From a virus (taxonomy: Duplodnaviria > Caudoviricetes), in IMG/VR virus record IMGVR_UViG_3300037067_016777, positions 32,001-96,000 of that record: a stretch of 64,000 nucleotides of DNA. One strand, given 5' to 3'. A program made the translations under genes and the position numbers. Below the pieces are notes generated by a model, which ran no database searches, had not been told where the DNA came from, and worked only from the letters and a program-made list of their open reading frames with translations. Shown here piece by piece: positions 28,301 to 36,778 of this stretch (position 1 is its first letter; every line of letters begins with the position of its first letter).

Positions 28301-28422
28301 AGCGTTACTTCATCCCCCTCAATCTCCGACAAATACCATAGACTTCCGACCTCACACCGGTTGCTGTCTCGGTCTTCGGACTCGTCGATACGCTCAATCA
28401 GTCTATAATATCCTTGTTCCAT
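25399..28422 (-). CDS. large hypothetical protein (1007 aa)
   Basis: long ORF with N-terminal coiled coil and acidic tail; no recognised catalytic motif; apparently leaderless start. Confidence 0.85.
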   Translation of the reverse strand: MEQGYYRLIERIDESEDRDSNRCEVGSLWYLSEIEGDEVTLIQGESTWTFSLDTFLDHFAYAPEGIRERQDELADLMSSLHAVGDRQDNLIESASTPKLLADNTRPAQRQPTSTDLVAMASRTNPAIAAKNLKRVKTAFAVTKNQIAKRHSALQTLIQEQALILKAKTAILTRQIEMAQEAIYMINAYLGQDEEIVRIKSGEPASEDEKIVIRQQVLFMDEESAVAADFAKRGGLDFKAVEEFDAWVSDPEHLQQVLPEIRGVVAIKPRRNPKFYDDNPFVNSELNRQNKCLYILIRNGENLYRIHTTLWVDEVFLPRKDEFEHFFYESHTDWDTHDKVKKPLTPGSAKYMQAMDKAEAKKRRFYTVLIMIQGLLDRTKVFHPLPINEPINVCNLEGQKHVTLRYDAENLLGTGRPDFDKWLGAVNGELEVGCRIIGEFEGHYAGRRDLHERQGTKHAYRPSSDEIHIIDRKVDERSFRFLYKSDHNNWRGRNQNAPRVSYLIYKADDFIINIDSVTVADIEFYIRSRTNRHHYLNMIPLLKVALAIKKKEAEEEAPFRQLLIGVIAGKHNVSFARAERSIDALIKWWKFKTREHRALLSEDAKALRMIVAEFGRRKLLDNEALAEAHEQAVEKLRDDKALAIFYRPDKSYAVLRCENSENVWVQEEIWKLCADTQLGSVLASTNGENIIQFDCGVFVRRASMKEWAVVDKRHESWQLVWSHPRWSEWLIGARSQEHLTDAERKQAADYALAELADVAANPPEWSEFLDGRREHGRRPWLKPLAVAADPKDESVCLYYLQYHASMTKKLMTGRVESPECATVRVRWEKKQDELHFRLSGCRGISLKPDDLTWRNQTIVIIFEDNITSFVVEEQKAEKAKKKERLMRRPIHAIEQKAYELIRAAWYEEQRTKFLEDYVDDDGDLWEDHKEDLSVPSNLWPRWIENMVGYVIERGIDINGWTINKLYVQANQYGCGVKVDEIKFYDKVKDMEVEYVPATEDDDDEDYDY

Positions 28423-28427
28423 GATTA

Positions 28428-28481
28428 GTTATAGCACGAGTAATTATCGATGTTAACTAAGACATCTGTTCGTGCTATAAC
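28428..28481. promoter_or_regulatory. overlapping divergent promoters sharing a GTTAAC palindrome
   Basis: minus 28428-28457 and plus 28452-28481, each TATAAC-5 nt-ATG. Confidence 0.85.
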
Positions 28482-28486
28482 TAACC

Positions 28487-28642
28487 ATGGCCAACCGAAT
28501 ACGTACCTACGACAAAGTTTTTATTCGATGCCCATACTGTAGGGTGGGCTATTGGGTGATGCCCAAATCTGACGGTCGCAGCGCCAGGTGTCACAAATGC
28601 AACAAATCGTTCATTGTCGATATTGGTAGAAAGAAGCGGTAA
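28487..28642 (+). CDS. small zinc-ribbon protein (not in the ORF track)
   Basis: MANRIRTYDKVFIRCPYC...ARCHKCNKSF; stop overlaps the next ATG. Confidence 0.7.
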   Translation: MANRIRTYDKVFIRCPYCRVGYWVMPKSDGRSARCHKCNKSFIVDIGRKKR

Positions 28643-29127
28643 TGAGACAACTGGTGATAACAGAGATCGAAGAACTGATCATGTCGCTTGGCAACCACCC
28701 AGGATTGTGTTTTTATTATACCAAATATATAATCGACATCTTGAAGCGATATGGCTATAACGCAGTGCCGCAAGCAGGATCGATGCAATGGAGGCGATTG
28801 AAGGAAGACGATGGTGTATGCGCTACGCATTTCTCATATATGTGGAATCCAGCTACACCAATAAGCACAATTTCTATGGCACTTGGTCAGTTGCCAGAGA
28901 TGCACTGCTGGGTTGGATTAATCGACGAGCAGGAGGTTGTCGATTTCAGTACTAGACATTTGAAAAGTGCTGCTGCGGCAATAGGGATGGAATGGACAGC
29001 TGAAGATCCGCCGCAGTATTTATGGTGTGCGGTAGGCGATATCCCGGAGTCAGCTTATTATATACCAAACCGCGAAGCAACAATCTATGCTGGATTGTTA
29101 ATGGAGCAGTTCAAAAATAGACTATGA
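28642..29127 (+). CDS. hypothetical protein, possible transglutaminase/papain-like fold
   Basis: GLC...MHCWV...VVDFS gives Cys-His-Asp order. Confidence 0.5.
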   Translation: MRQLVITEIEELIMSLGNHPGLCFYYTKYIIDILKRYGYNAVPQAGSMQWRRLKEDDGVCATHFSYMWNPATPISTISMALGQLPEMHCWVGLIDEQEVVDFSTRHLKSAAAAIGMEWTAEDPPQYLWCAVGDIPESAYYIPNREATIYAGLLMEQFKNRL

Positions 29128-29251
29128 GAAAAGATGATAGTAATGTAAGGGAACGAGTGCGACACACGCGTAATGCTGGCGGATATGGCAAACGCGGAGT
29201 GAATAAGCGAGTTCGGAAAAATATCAAACAGAAAATACAACGCGGACAAGT

Positions 29252-29491
29252 CTAGCTCTTCTGTGCAATCAGATAACGCCGTAGAGAGTTGAGCCCGCAG
29301 CAACAACCGGCTCCGAAGGCAGGAGATATATCTGCAGTTGGTTGTCCTGCTATCTTATCATAAATGCTGCAGATAAAACGGCATTGAAGACTCGGATGTG
29401 GTACTAAATAGACACACGAGCCATCGACATCAGCTTGTCCCCAGCCGCAAGGAGCTTTTCGACAACAATAGCCACAATGTATGCATTCCAT
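29252..29491 (-). CDS. Cys-cluster (YkgJ-like) protein
   Basis: CIHCGYCC...C...CVYL...CSIY; promoter at 29499-29528. Confidence 0.6.
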   Translation of the reverse strand: MECIHCGYCCRKAPCGWGQADVDGSCVYLVPHPSLQCRFICSIYDKIAGQPTADISPAFGAGCCCGLNSLRRYLIAQKS

Positions 29492-29689
29492 TTGTATTTT
29501 CATAGCACAAAGGTAGCCATTCTTAAACTGCGTATTTTAGGTCTAGGAGGGAAATATGCAAGTAAATATTTGCGGCAAATGTCAACAAGATGAGACATGC
29601 GATCAAGAGTGCTATTGTCCATATATTATCAGATTCTCTGGTAGTTTAGAAGAATTTGAGAAACTTATGAAATTCGTCGAAGAAAAGCA

Positions 29690-29719
29690 ATTAAATAGTT
29701 GATAGCCTCGTGCTATGAC
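29690..29719 (+). promoter_or_regulatory. phage promoter copy (leaderless arrangement)
   Basis: TTAAAT-17(TCGTGC)-TATGAC, ATG 5 nt later. Confidence 0.75.
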
Positions 29720-29724
29720 CATTT

Positions 29725-30966
29725 ATGGTGAATAAGAAAACCAAGAAATTTGATAGGAAGAAGACGTATAACGGCGCATCGCTATTTCGCAGTTTTGTGG
29801 ATTATGTCTTCGAAAGAGATTCGACTCCAGAGGCCATTCGTCTTGATTTGGTGAAGGCGTTCAACCGATCAATGAAATGGGCATTAAATAAAGGTGAAAT
29901 CGTACGAAAGCCAGTTCGCGTAATGGCTGTGAACGAAATGGACGATTCTATCGTCCGATATGCCAGAAAGGTAATGGACGCAACACAATCATCTATATTC
30001 GGATTCGAGCAGCCGGCACAACTATTGTGGACGATTCTTAACCCAGCAATTCAAATTATGAAAGCGCTTGGCGATAAGCAATACGCCAAGCGTAAGAAGA
30101 TGAATGAACAGGCAGAAGCAGATTTTTCCATATTGGCGGAATTTGTAACTCCAGCGTACGATAAGCATGTTCTCGGTAAGCCGATTAATGACATGCTAAA
30201 CGACGTAATGCGATACTTGATTGATTTAAGCACATTCGATGGTGGTATCTATGTTGCAGATATGCTTGATAGCGATCATGGGCCGTTATTTCCCACGCCG
30301 GTCGTGGGAATAGCGAAAGAGATGAGGGTAAAAGATTTCAAGATAAACCGCAAAGTAAGGTCCGGCTATGGTATAGGTATGTTGAATAAGGGTGACCTTA
30401 AGTGGCTGGAGATTGAGTACAACGGTAATCAATTGCCTGTCTACATCCAAAAGCATGCTATAGACAGGCTTGTTGAAAGAACCGCACCAATAAGCGATTC
30501 AAATGCAGCAATATATATGATGGTGTGCGATTCTGTCTCAGAACCGGCTATATGCAGCCGCAACCATGACGGCTTTCTATTAGAGTGTAGATCACACAAT
30601 CGAAAGCTTGGATATTTCGGTTGCGTAGCAATACACAATGCTATCCTTATCACGACATTCCTGTTCTTGACGATGGATGGTACGCCAGAAGGCGAGCGGT
30701 TATGGCAGAAGCTGCGCCTCGGGCGTCAAGATAAAGAGTATCTTGGACTTGACAATTTACGAACATTTGTGAGCTCGGATATACGTTCTGATATTGCGCT
30801 ATCGCGTCTTCTTGGTGAATGTAGCTGCGGGCACCTGCTAAAGATAGAAGATAGCAATAGTATTGTGGTGTCTGGTGTGGCGGAGGATGTTCGGAATTAT
30901 CTGAGCAGTAATGAGAAGATACCAGTTTCAGTCATAAGTGCAGACCTCAGTAGTATACTGGGCTAA
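29725..30966 (+). CDS. hypothetical protein (413 aa)
   Basis: long ORF; HAIDRLVER motif. Confidence 0.8.
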   Translation: MVNKKTKKFDRKKTYNGASLFRSFVDYVFERDSTPEAIRLDLVKAFNRSMKWALNKGEIVRKPVRVMAVNEMDDSIVRYARKVMDATQSSIFGFEQPAQLLWTILNPAIQIMKALGDKQYAKRKKMNEQAEADFSILAEFVTPAYDKHVLGKPINDMLNDVMRYLIDLSTFDGGIYVADMLDSDHGPLFPTPVVGIAKEMRVKDFKINRKVRSGYGIGMLNKGDLKWLEIEYNGNQLPVYIQKHAIDRLVERTAPISDSNAAIYMMVCDSVSEPAICSRNHDGFLLECRSHNRKLGYFGCVAIHNAILITTFLFLTMDGTPEGERLWQKLRLGRQDKEYLGLDNLRTFVSSDIRSDIALSRLLGECSCGHLLKIEDSNSIVVSGVAEDVRNYLSSNEKIPVSVISADLSSILG

Positions 30967-31158
30967 TCTTCCAGTAAGCTCTTCTTCGGCTCTATAGATC
31001 TTGTCGAAGTAGTATGTGTTTGGTTTAGCCTTCACATGGGCTCGCTCTAATCTGAAAAAGTCGATATAATCGCCCATCTGGCACCACATGACGGCTGGCC
31101 ACCAAACATTTGGCCCGTGTGAAGCTGGCTGAACTTGAATAATCATAATACTTAAATA

Positions 31159-31193
31159 CGACAACGGGGAGCAATTACCGCTCCCCGTTGTCG
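31159..31193 (+). terminator. intrinsic terminator
   Basis: 14-bp stem CGACAACGGGGAGC / GCTCCCCGTTGTCG with a T-rich tract downstream. Confidence 0.75.
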
Positions 31194-31250
31194 ACGCATT
31201 TCACTTTTTCTTTTTCATTTTAATATTATATATCGCACATGCCAGATTAT

Positions 31251-31495
31251 AGGGCTTATCGGTAGCGGGGTGGTTCGTTGATAATTCTAGACTTATCAAT
31301 GAGACCCGGAACGTTTAAGTTACCCTAGGCGGGCAATCCCGTAGACCTTATCTGGTCGGTCACGACTACCACTATTTTCCAAGTGGCAACCGAGTTGTAT
31401 CTTCTCCTTTCTTGACAACTATTTGGTGGAATGAGCTTATAAGCGACGGGTACGTGTCGGTACTATGAGCCGACCCCTACTCCAAACAGGGCTTA
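31251..31495 (+). ncRNA. candidate structured non-coding RNA (~240 nt), family unrecognised
   Basis: no ORF of 60 aa or more in the track; nested long-range helices and at least six hairpins; G-U pairs favour the + strand. Confidence 0.55.
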
Positions 31496-32164
31496 ATCAG
31501 GCACCCACAGACGCTTGTCATCTGCCCATTCAGGGATTAATAATTCACGCTTTCGCGTGAACCACAAAAGAAGTTTCGTTGCACGATCGGCATTTGCTTT
31601 ACTGATGCGACCGCACCGAAGCGTAAACGACGCTAGCTTTTGAGCGAGCGAATCGCGGCCGTCTTGGTTGAGCATCATTGTGAAAGGCTCGACATAGTTA
31701 ACTGGTCGTTCTGATTTCTGCAGCGATGTTGCTAAGAATCGGCGAAATGTGGTCATATTGCCGATGGAGACGGCATTGGCGTAATGGTGCGCTGCTTCGA
31801 AAGCTTCCTTCCGTAGCATTTCACGTGCTTCCTTATGCTCGTTGGACCATTCGCTGTGGCGGGCGAGAGCGTTTCGGCCCATGGCGTTGAACCCACCGCG
31901 AAACGCGCCGTCGATACGCATTTTTCGCTCCCACCAGTTCACTTCATAGAGTGTTGGGGTGGGGATAAATAGTTCAGTCTGCAGGCTCGTCTTGGCGACG
32001 GCTTCGCTGTGGCCATTGCCCATCTTGGACAAGTGCAACCACTGACCGAACTTGCGCAGCCATTGCCCGAGTTTAGAAATGCGTTGCTCGGTCGGTGTGC
32101 CAGATGAGCGGTCGTCATCGTCGTGATCAGGATATTGGACAATACTATGACACGGTTCGCACAT
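31493..32164 (-). CDS. hypothetical protein
   Basis: promoter 32189-32218 and AAGGAGA RBS. Confidence 0.7.
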   Translation of the reverse strand: MCEPCHSIVQYPDHDDDDRSSGTPTEQRISKLGQWLRKFGQWLHLSKMGNGHSEAVAKTSLQTELFIPTPTLYEVNWWERKMRIDGAFRGGFNAMGRNALARHSEWSNEHKEAREMLRKEAFEAAHHYANAVSIGNMTTFRRFLATSLQKSERPVNYVEPFTMMLNQDGRDSLAQKLASFTLRCGRISKANADRATKLLLWFTRKRELLIPEWADDKRLWVPD

Positions 32165-32206
32165 TTTCAAATCTCCTTTGTCTATTGTATTATAGCACGA
32201 CGGCAA

Positions 32207-33082
32207 CTAAGCGTTAACTTTTGCTTTGTTGTATCGAAAAGACCCGTCGAAAGGGGTATGCCAGCAAAATAAACATGGGTCGGTAAGTTCGAAGAATGGA
32301 TTAATCTCCAGCAACTTCACCTCGACATCACGCGAATTTGGTGATCTTTGCTTAACATCTAAGAATACATCGAATACAACAGAAGTTAAAGTCGTAGCCT
32401 TGAGGAATCTATGAAAAAACACGCCAATAGCCCATTCACACAAACCTGGATCAATCTCTTCAAAAACCTCGCCATCTAAATAATTATATTGCGATACGCC
32501 CACAAGCTTGCGATCTTTCATAAAACAACGAAATTCTGCCCATCGTGGGATGTCTATCCATTCTCTAACCCATATGTATGGTGTATAATGCTGCTGAATA
32601 GCCAGCATCAAATCTTCATAGATACGTTCAGAACAATCCAATATAAATCGCAGCGGATCTTGACCAGGCGAGATTTTGCCACTTTCCTTGTAAAGAAGAT
32701 AACTATCTTTTGGCGATCTGCTGCCTAATCGGATAAACGCACCTTTTGGCATTTTATCGACAGCTTCAGATACTTCAGTCTTGATGTCAGAAATGTCGCC
32801 ACGCACATAGGTTGGTTTGATGTATTCGATTTTGTTTGGCGGTTCTGGTTTTCCTGTCATTTTAGCACAACAGGCTTGTTCACTCCATTGTATAGCGAGC
32901 CTGTTATGCTCTCTCTCGGCATCTGTTTGACAGAATGCTCCACCCAATTCGATAATATTTGACCCTAGTCTCTGCGGCGCATCCCCTAATAGAGGAATAC
33001 TTATAGAAGCAATGCTTAATGAATGTAGTGGACGATCCCAGTTTTCGATATATGTCGGTTTAACGATATCCCAGTAATTCAT
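32207..33082 (-). CDS. Cdc123/D123-like (R2K clade) ATP-grasp protein
   Basis: FIRLGSRSPKD, WVREW, EFRCF...VGVSQY, VVFDV, LLEINPF. Confidence 0.85.
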   Translation of the reverse strand: MNYWDIVKPTYIENWDRPLHSLSIASISIPLLGDAPQRLGSNIIELGGAFCQTDAEREHNRLAIQWSEQACCAKMTGKPEPPNKIEYIKPTYVRGDISDIKTEVSEAVDKMPKGAFIRLGSRSPKDSYLLYKESGKISPGQDPLRFILDCSERIYEDLMLAIQQHYTPYIWVREWIDIPRWAEFRCFMKDRKLVGVSQYNYLDGEVFEEIDPGLCEWAIGVFFHRFLKATTLTSVVFDVFLDVKQRSPNSRDVEVKLLEINPFFELTDPCLFCWHTPFDGSFRYNKAKVNA

Positions 33083-33139
33083 TGTGGTAGCTCTACTTCG
33101 AAGTATAACCCGCAATGAGGGCAATTTGGCGTGATTGAG

Positions 33140-33346
33140 TCATGACGAACCGAAACGAAAAGGAGGATTATTGCCAATCTGAATGACATCATTCGGCTTG
33201 AATTCAAAGGTATTGACCAAGTCCTTGACGATAATCCCATTAATTTTCACGCCCCCTTGGATCGCGACTCGACGTCCTTGTGATATACTGGTAGTATATC
33301 CGAGATAGTCGAGAAGTTGCGTAATAGTCCCCTGGAATGTTGTCAT
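33140..33346 (-). CDS. stand-alone S4 RNA-binding domain protein
   Basis: TSISQGRRVAIQGGVKING resembles the TyrRS C-terminal S4 domain. Confidence 0.7.
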   Translation of the reverse strand: MTTFQGTITQLLDYLGYTTSISQGRRVAIQGGVKINGIIVKDLVNTFEFKPNDVIQIGNNPPFRFGSS

Positions 33347-33400
33347 AGCGACCCTCCATAAAATAAAAATACCTAGCAGTATTGTAATTTTGTCGGAGTG

Positions 33401-33430
33401 GTTTACTGTAACAACTCGTCGTGCTATAAT
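33401..33430 (+). promoter_or_regulatory. phage promoter copy
   Basis: GTTTACT-17(TCGTGC)-TATAAT. Confidence 0.85.
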
Positions 33431-33444
33431 AGATCGGAGAGATT

Positions 33445-33840
33445 ATGGTTGAGTCGACTACCTACCGAGAATTATGTGTCGCGATGATAGCTGAATTGCG
33501 AAAAACTGCCAATCTAATTGGTGGTCCGCGAACAGATCTCGCTGTTGAATCAGCGATGCGGCTACAACTGCAACTAAAGAAGATTGATAGATCTCAGTTA
33601 TCTGATTTGAGGGAAAAATCAGATAACCCTGAAGGGCTTTATCGGAAATATAACATCACAAAAGCCGATGGCAGTCCATGCAACCCAAAGGCAAAATATT
33701 TCGTTCTTCGTTTGGACTGGAATGGAAGCGATAAAGATCACGTAGAGGTATGCCGCATGGCGGCACGCACCTACATAAGAAATGCTCCAAAGCGCTTGCA
33801 AAAGGTGGCCTCCGAATTAGCGGAATGGATAGGTCTATAA
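33445..33840 (+). CDS. hypothetical protein
   Basis: GGAGA RBS; GLYRKY...YFVLRLD phage-type motif. Confidence 0.7.
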   Translation: MVESTTYRELCVAMIAELRKTANLIGGPRTDLAVESAMRLQLQLKKIDRSQLSDLREKSDNPEGLYRKYNITKADGSPCNPKAKYFVLRLDWNGSDKDHVEVCRMAARTYIRNAPKRLQKVASELAEWIGL

Positions 33841-34355
33841 TGAATATTGTTCAAAAAGCTGAACGACTCGCACGTGATGCACACGAAGGTCAATATCGGA
33901 AATATACCGACGATCCTTATATAGTGCATCCAGAAGCCGTCGCCAACATAGTGGCATCGGTCACTGACGATCCCGTTATGTTGGCGGCAGCTTGGTTGCA
34001 TGATGTCGTAGAAGACACTAATGTGACCATCGATATGATTGAGGTTGGCTTCGGACCAGAAATTGCCTCAGTCGTATCCGACGTCACAAATGTCACAAGG
34101 AAGTCTGACGGCAACCGTCAATATCGCAAGGGAGTCGAGAGGCAGCATTTAGCTGGGGCGTCTCCGAAAGCTAAAACTGTTAAGCTTGCTGACATATTGC
34201 ATAACGTTCCAGATATTATCAAGAACGATCCTGGATTCGCACGTACTTATGTTGCTGAAAAGCAGGCCGTCTTAGAGGTTCTGGTTGGTGGCGACGAAAC
34301 GCTATACGCCGCAGCAAAGCAAATCATAGACGGTTTTATGCAATTTGTGCTATAA
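33840..34355 (+). CDS. SpoT/MESH1-like HD-domain hydrolase
   Basis: AHEGQYRK...PYIVHP...AAWLHDVVEDT...VKLAD..HN. Confidence 0.9.
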   Translation: MNIVQKAERLARDAHEGQYRKYTDDPYIVHPEAVANIVASVTDDPVMLAAAWLHDVVEDTNVTIDMIEVGFGPEIASVVSDVTNVTRKSDGNRQYRKGVERQHLAGASPKAKTVKLADILHNVPDIIKNDPGFARTYVAEKQAVLEVLVGGDETLYAAAKQIIDGFMQFVL

Positions 34356-34559
34356 TTAATTGAGCATATCTATGAATTGGCGAGAACACTGGAAACAAGC
34401 GAATCCTTTTGATCAGTTTATGTGTATTTTGATGTCTGTTGACGGCAACGTCCAGAATATCAAAGATTGTATCGGCGGCGATTTACCTGTTGGTCGACTG
34501 GAGCGACATGTTGAAGAGCTACGTGCTTTAGAGCCTTACTTGCGTCGAGGGTCGTGGGA

Positions 34560-35012
34560 ATGACGAAGTTGTATATTCTGCGTGATGATATTACTGTATA
34601 TTGCGGTGATAAAGAGTGCTTGTATCCCAATTGGGCTGGTACACCGTGTAGAAGCTTAGCGACTGTATGGAGTAATGCCAGTGAGGTTGCACAGGCTTTG
34701 GTGAAGTTGTCTGTCAACAACAAAGTCTGTGTTGTTGAATTCAGCGATGAGAAGACATGTTTGTTCCAGACATGTGAGAGCGAAGTAATTCATGTTAGCG
34801 GCGATCAAGTTGTGGTTGTAATAGCCATCGACGACGATTTAGTTGAACAAAAGTATGGCACGTCACAATTTATAGATGGTCGTATACCACAGAAGGGCGA
34901 TATGCTCGAAATGCGTGTCCAATTCATCAAGCTCGACTCACAGGAACACGCACAACCAGGGCAAATATCTAAACCACGAAAGAATGTTGTGCCACTTCCA
35001 CGCACATTTTGA
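34560..35012 (+). CDS. hypothetical protein
   Basis: coupled to small ORF 34360..34563. Confidence 0.6.
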   Translation: MTKLYILRDDITVYCGDKECLYPNWAGTPCRSLATVWSNASEVAQALVKLSVNNKVCVVEFSDEKTCLFQTCESEVIHVSGDQVVVVIAIDDDLVEQKYGTSQFIDGRIPQKGDMLEMRVQFIKLDSQEHAQPGQISKPRKNVVPLPRTF

Positions 35013-35019
35013 ATACGCA

Positions 35020-35051
35020 ACCGCCCCATAAGCCTAAGCAAATGGGGCGGT
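35020..35051. terminator. hairpin between convergent genes
   Basis: ACCGCCCCAT / ATGGGGCGGT stem. Confidence 0.65.
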
Positions 35052-35060
35052 GTACTATCG

Positions 35061-35630
35061 CTATGCTACTGGTGTTTCAGCAGCGGTAGCAGCTTCAGCA
35101 GCGGTAGCAGCTTCAGCAGCGGTAGCAGTTTCGGCGGTAGCAGTTTCGGCGGGTGTTTCCACTGTTACTATGATATCCTCCGGAGTTCCGGCAACAATGT
35201 TTAATCCGGCCGCTACGCCACCAACCACTTCTATGTCAACCATACCAGAGATGGTCTTAACGCCCTCGCCCAAATCAGCGTCGGCTGTGATTGTGATTTG
35301 GGTCGTGCCGATTGCACCAGTCGTCGTAGCTACGCAAGTCAAGCCATCAGTTGATGGTGTAAGAGTGAGGATTGCTGGATCGGCAACAACCCAAGTGGGT
35401 ACTCCATCAACCCGTGCAGCATTACCCTTTGCGTCAACCGGGGATACTGTGATGGTAACTTTCTGAGCGTCTTTCAAAACTAACATCGCAACTTCTCCTG
35501 ATCTCGGTGATGATTCAACAGGGCCAATACGCCACCGGAAACATACGGCCTTGCGTTTACAAAACATTCCCCGGATGTCTTGAGCCAGCGACACTATTGC
35601 AGTTTTCAGCTGTATGAGCCATCTTAGCAT
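35061..35630 (-). CDS. Ig-like beta-domain protein with TAAEAA repeat tail
   Basis: beta-strand pattern VTITVSPVDAKGN...PTW...; 18-bp tandem repeats at about 35077-35150; CAGGAGG RBS. Confidence 0.65.
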   Translation of the reverse strand: MLRWLIQLKTAIVSLAQDIRGMFCKRKAVCFRWRIGPVESSPRSGEVAMLVLKDAQKVTITVSPVDAKGNAARVDGVPTWVVADPAILTLTPSTDGLTCVATTTGAIGTTQITITADADLGEGVKTISGMVDIEVVGGVAAGLNIVAGTPEDIIVTVETPAETATAETATAAEAATAAEAATAAETPVA

Positions 35631-35698
35631 AGTGCCCTCCTGTTATATTTACATTGTGTATTTGAACTCAAAAGCTCTACAGAACTAGATGACAAAAG

Positions 35699-36326
35699 GT
35701 GATTATGATTGACGAAGAACTCGAAGAGGATGAAGAAGTTGAACAAGCTGAGATTGAGGAGGACGGCAGCCGGATAGTAGAGATTGTGAAGCCAAAGGCC
35801 ATAATATTATATGGGCATATTAATATTGCTAGGAAAGGCATTGCATACCTCACATTAAAAAATTCAATCGGACAGGAGTCGTTTGCAGAATGCAATAAAA
35901 ATATTCTGCGAATACTCGGCATTGGTATCAAAGATGCATTTGAGATTATTATTTCTAAACCAGATGGCGTCATAACAGTTTTCATCCAATCGCCGAAGAA
36001 GAGCCAGCAGTTGTTTGATTGGCGGTTTATGCGCGAGACTGTCGAGCAGGCGTTATCAGATAATAAAATGGCCGATATTGAGGAGAAACGACATGGTAAC
36101 TGAAATCGAGGAACTGCGTCTCAAAGTCGCCAACCTGCAAAGGCTACTAAAATCAGTTCACAGTGTTGCTGGAGAAGCATTTGATGCTTGGGATTCTGAT
36201 AATGATATGAGAGTTGGTAAAATTCTTAATGCATTATCTGGTGGTATTCCTGGATATAGATCAGATATAGATGAAATTGTGGAAGCTGTACTTCAGATAG
36301 ACCGGTTGACTATAACCCAGCCTTAA
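35699..36326 (+). CDS. two hypothetical genes (35699-36103, 36093-36326)
   Basis: RBS-supported coupled ORFs. Confidence 0.55.
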
Positions 36327-36676
36327 AATGAAACGTTTGTCGCATTTATATCGTGCGATTTGACTTTTTCAAGTGCGTTTTGTGCTGCTGTGATGTGTCT
36401 TAAATCGAAAAATGCTGTTGCACCTGGATCTGCTTCGATACAACGAAGAAGTAAAGAAAGGGCTTTGAAAAGGTCGTCGTGGCAATTGCAAGCACAAACG
36501 ATAAACTGTGCATCTTCTTCGCTGATTTGAACGCCAGATATAGTTCCATCTTTCGATGAGTCATAGGCTGCAGAACAAATAACCGGCTTATTCTTGGCAT
36601 AAATTTCACGCCAATTCTTCGTAAAGCCGCTTTTAGTTTGTGTGTTCCTGACTTCCCAGGGTGTTGCAGTGTGCAT
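36323..36676 (-). CDS. phage hypothetical protein
   Basis: HTATPW...EDAQFIVCACN.HDDL phage motif. Confidence 0.6.
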   Translation of the reverse strand: MHTATPWEVRNTQTKSGFTKNWREIYAKNKPVICSAAYDSSKDGTISGVQISEEDAQFIVCACNCHDDLFKALSLLLRCIEADPGATAFFDLRHITAAQNALEKVKSHDINATNVSF

Positions 36677-36778
36677 AATCAATCCCTGAAGAGATCGGAG
36701 GGGCCGGGCTAAAATTAGCCTCACGTCACACCTCGTCTCTTTCCCCATTCCTAAAATACATATTGCTAGTATTTAAAT

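Noticed and set aside
31261-31272. c-di-GMP-I riboswitch (GGTAGCGGGGT resembles its 3' end)
   Set aside because: The upstream GCAAA, GNRA and GCAAAGC elements are absent
31251-31495. RNase P RNA or tmRNA
   Set aside because: No GAGGAAAGUCC motif and no tRNA-like ends on either strand
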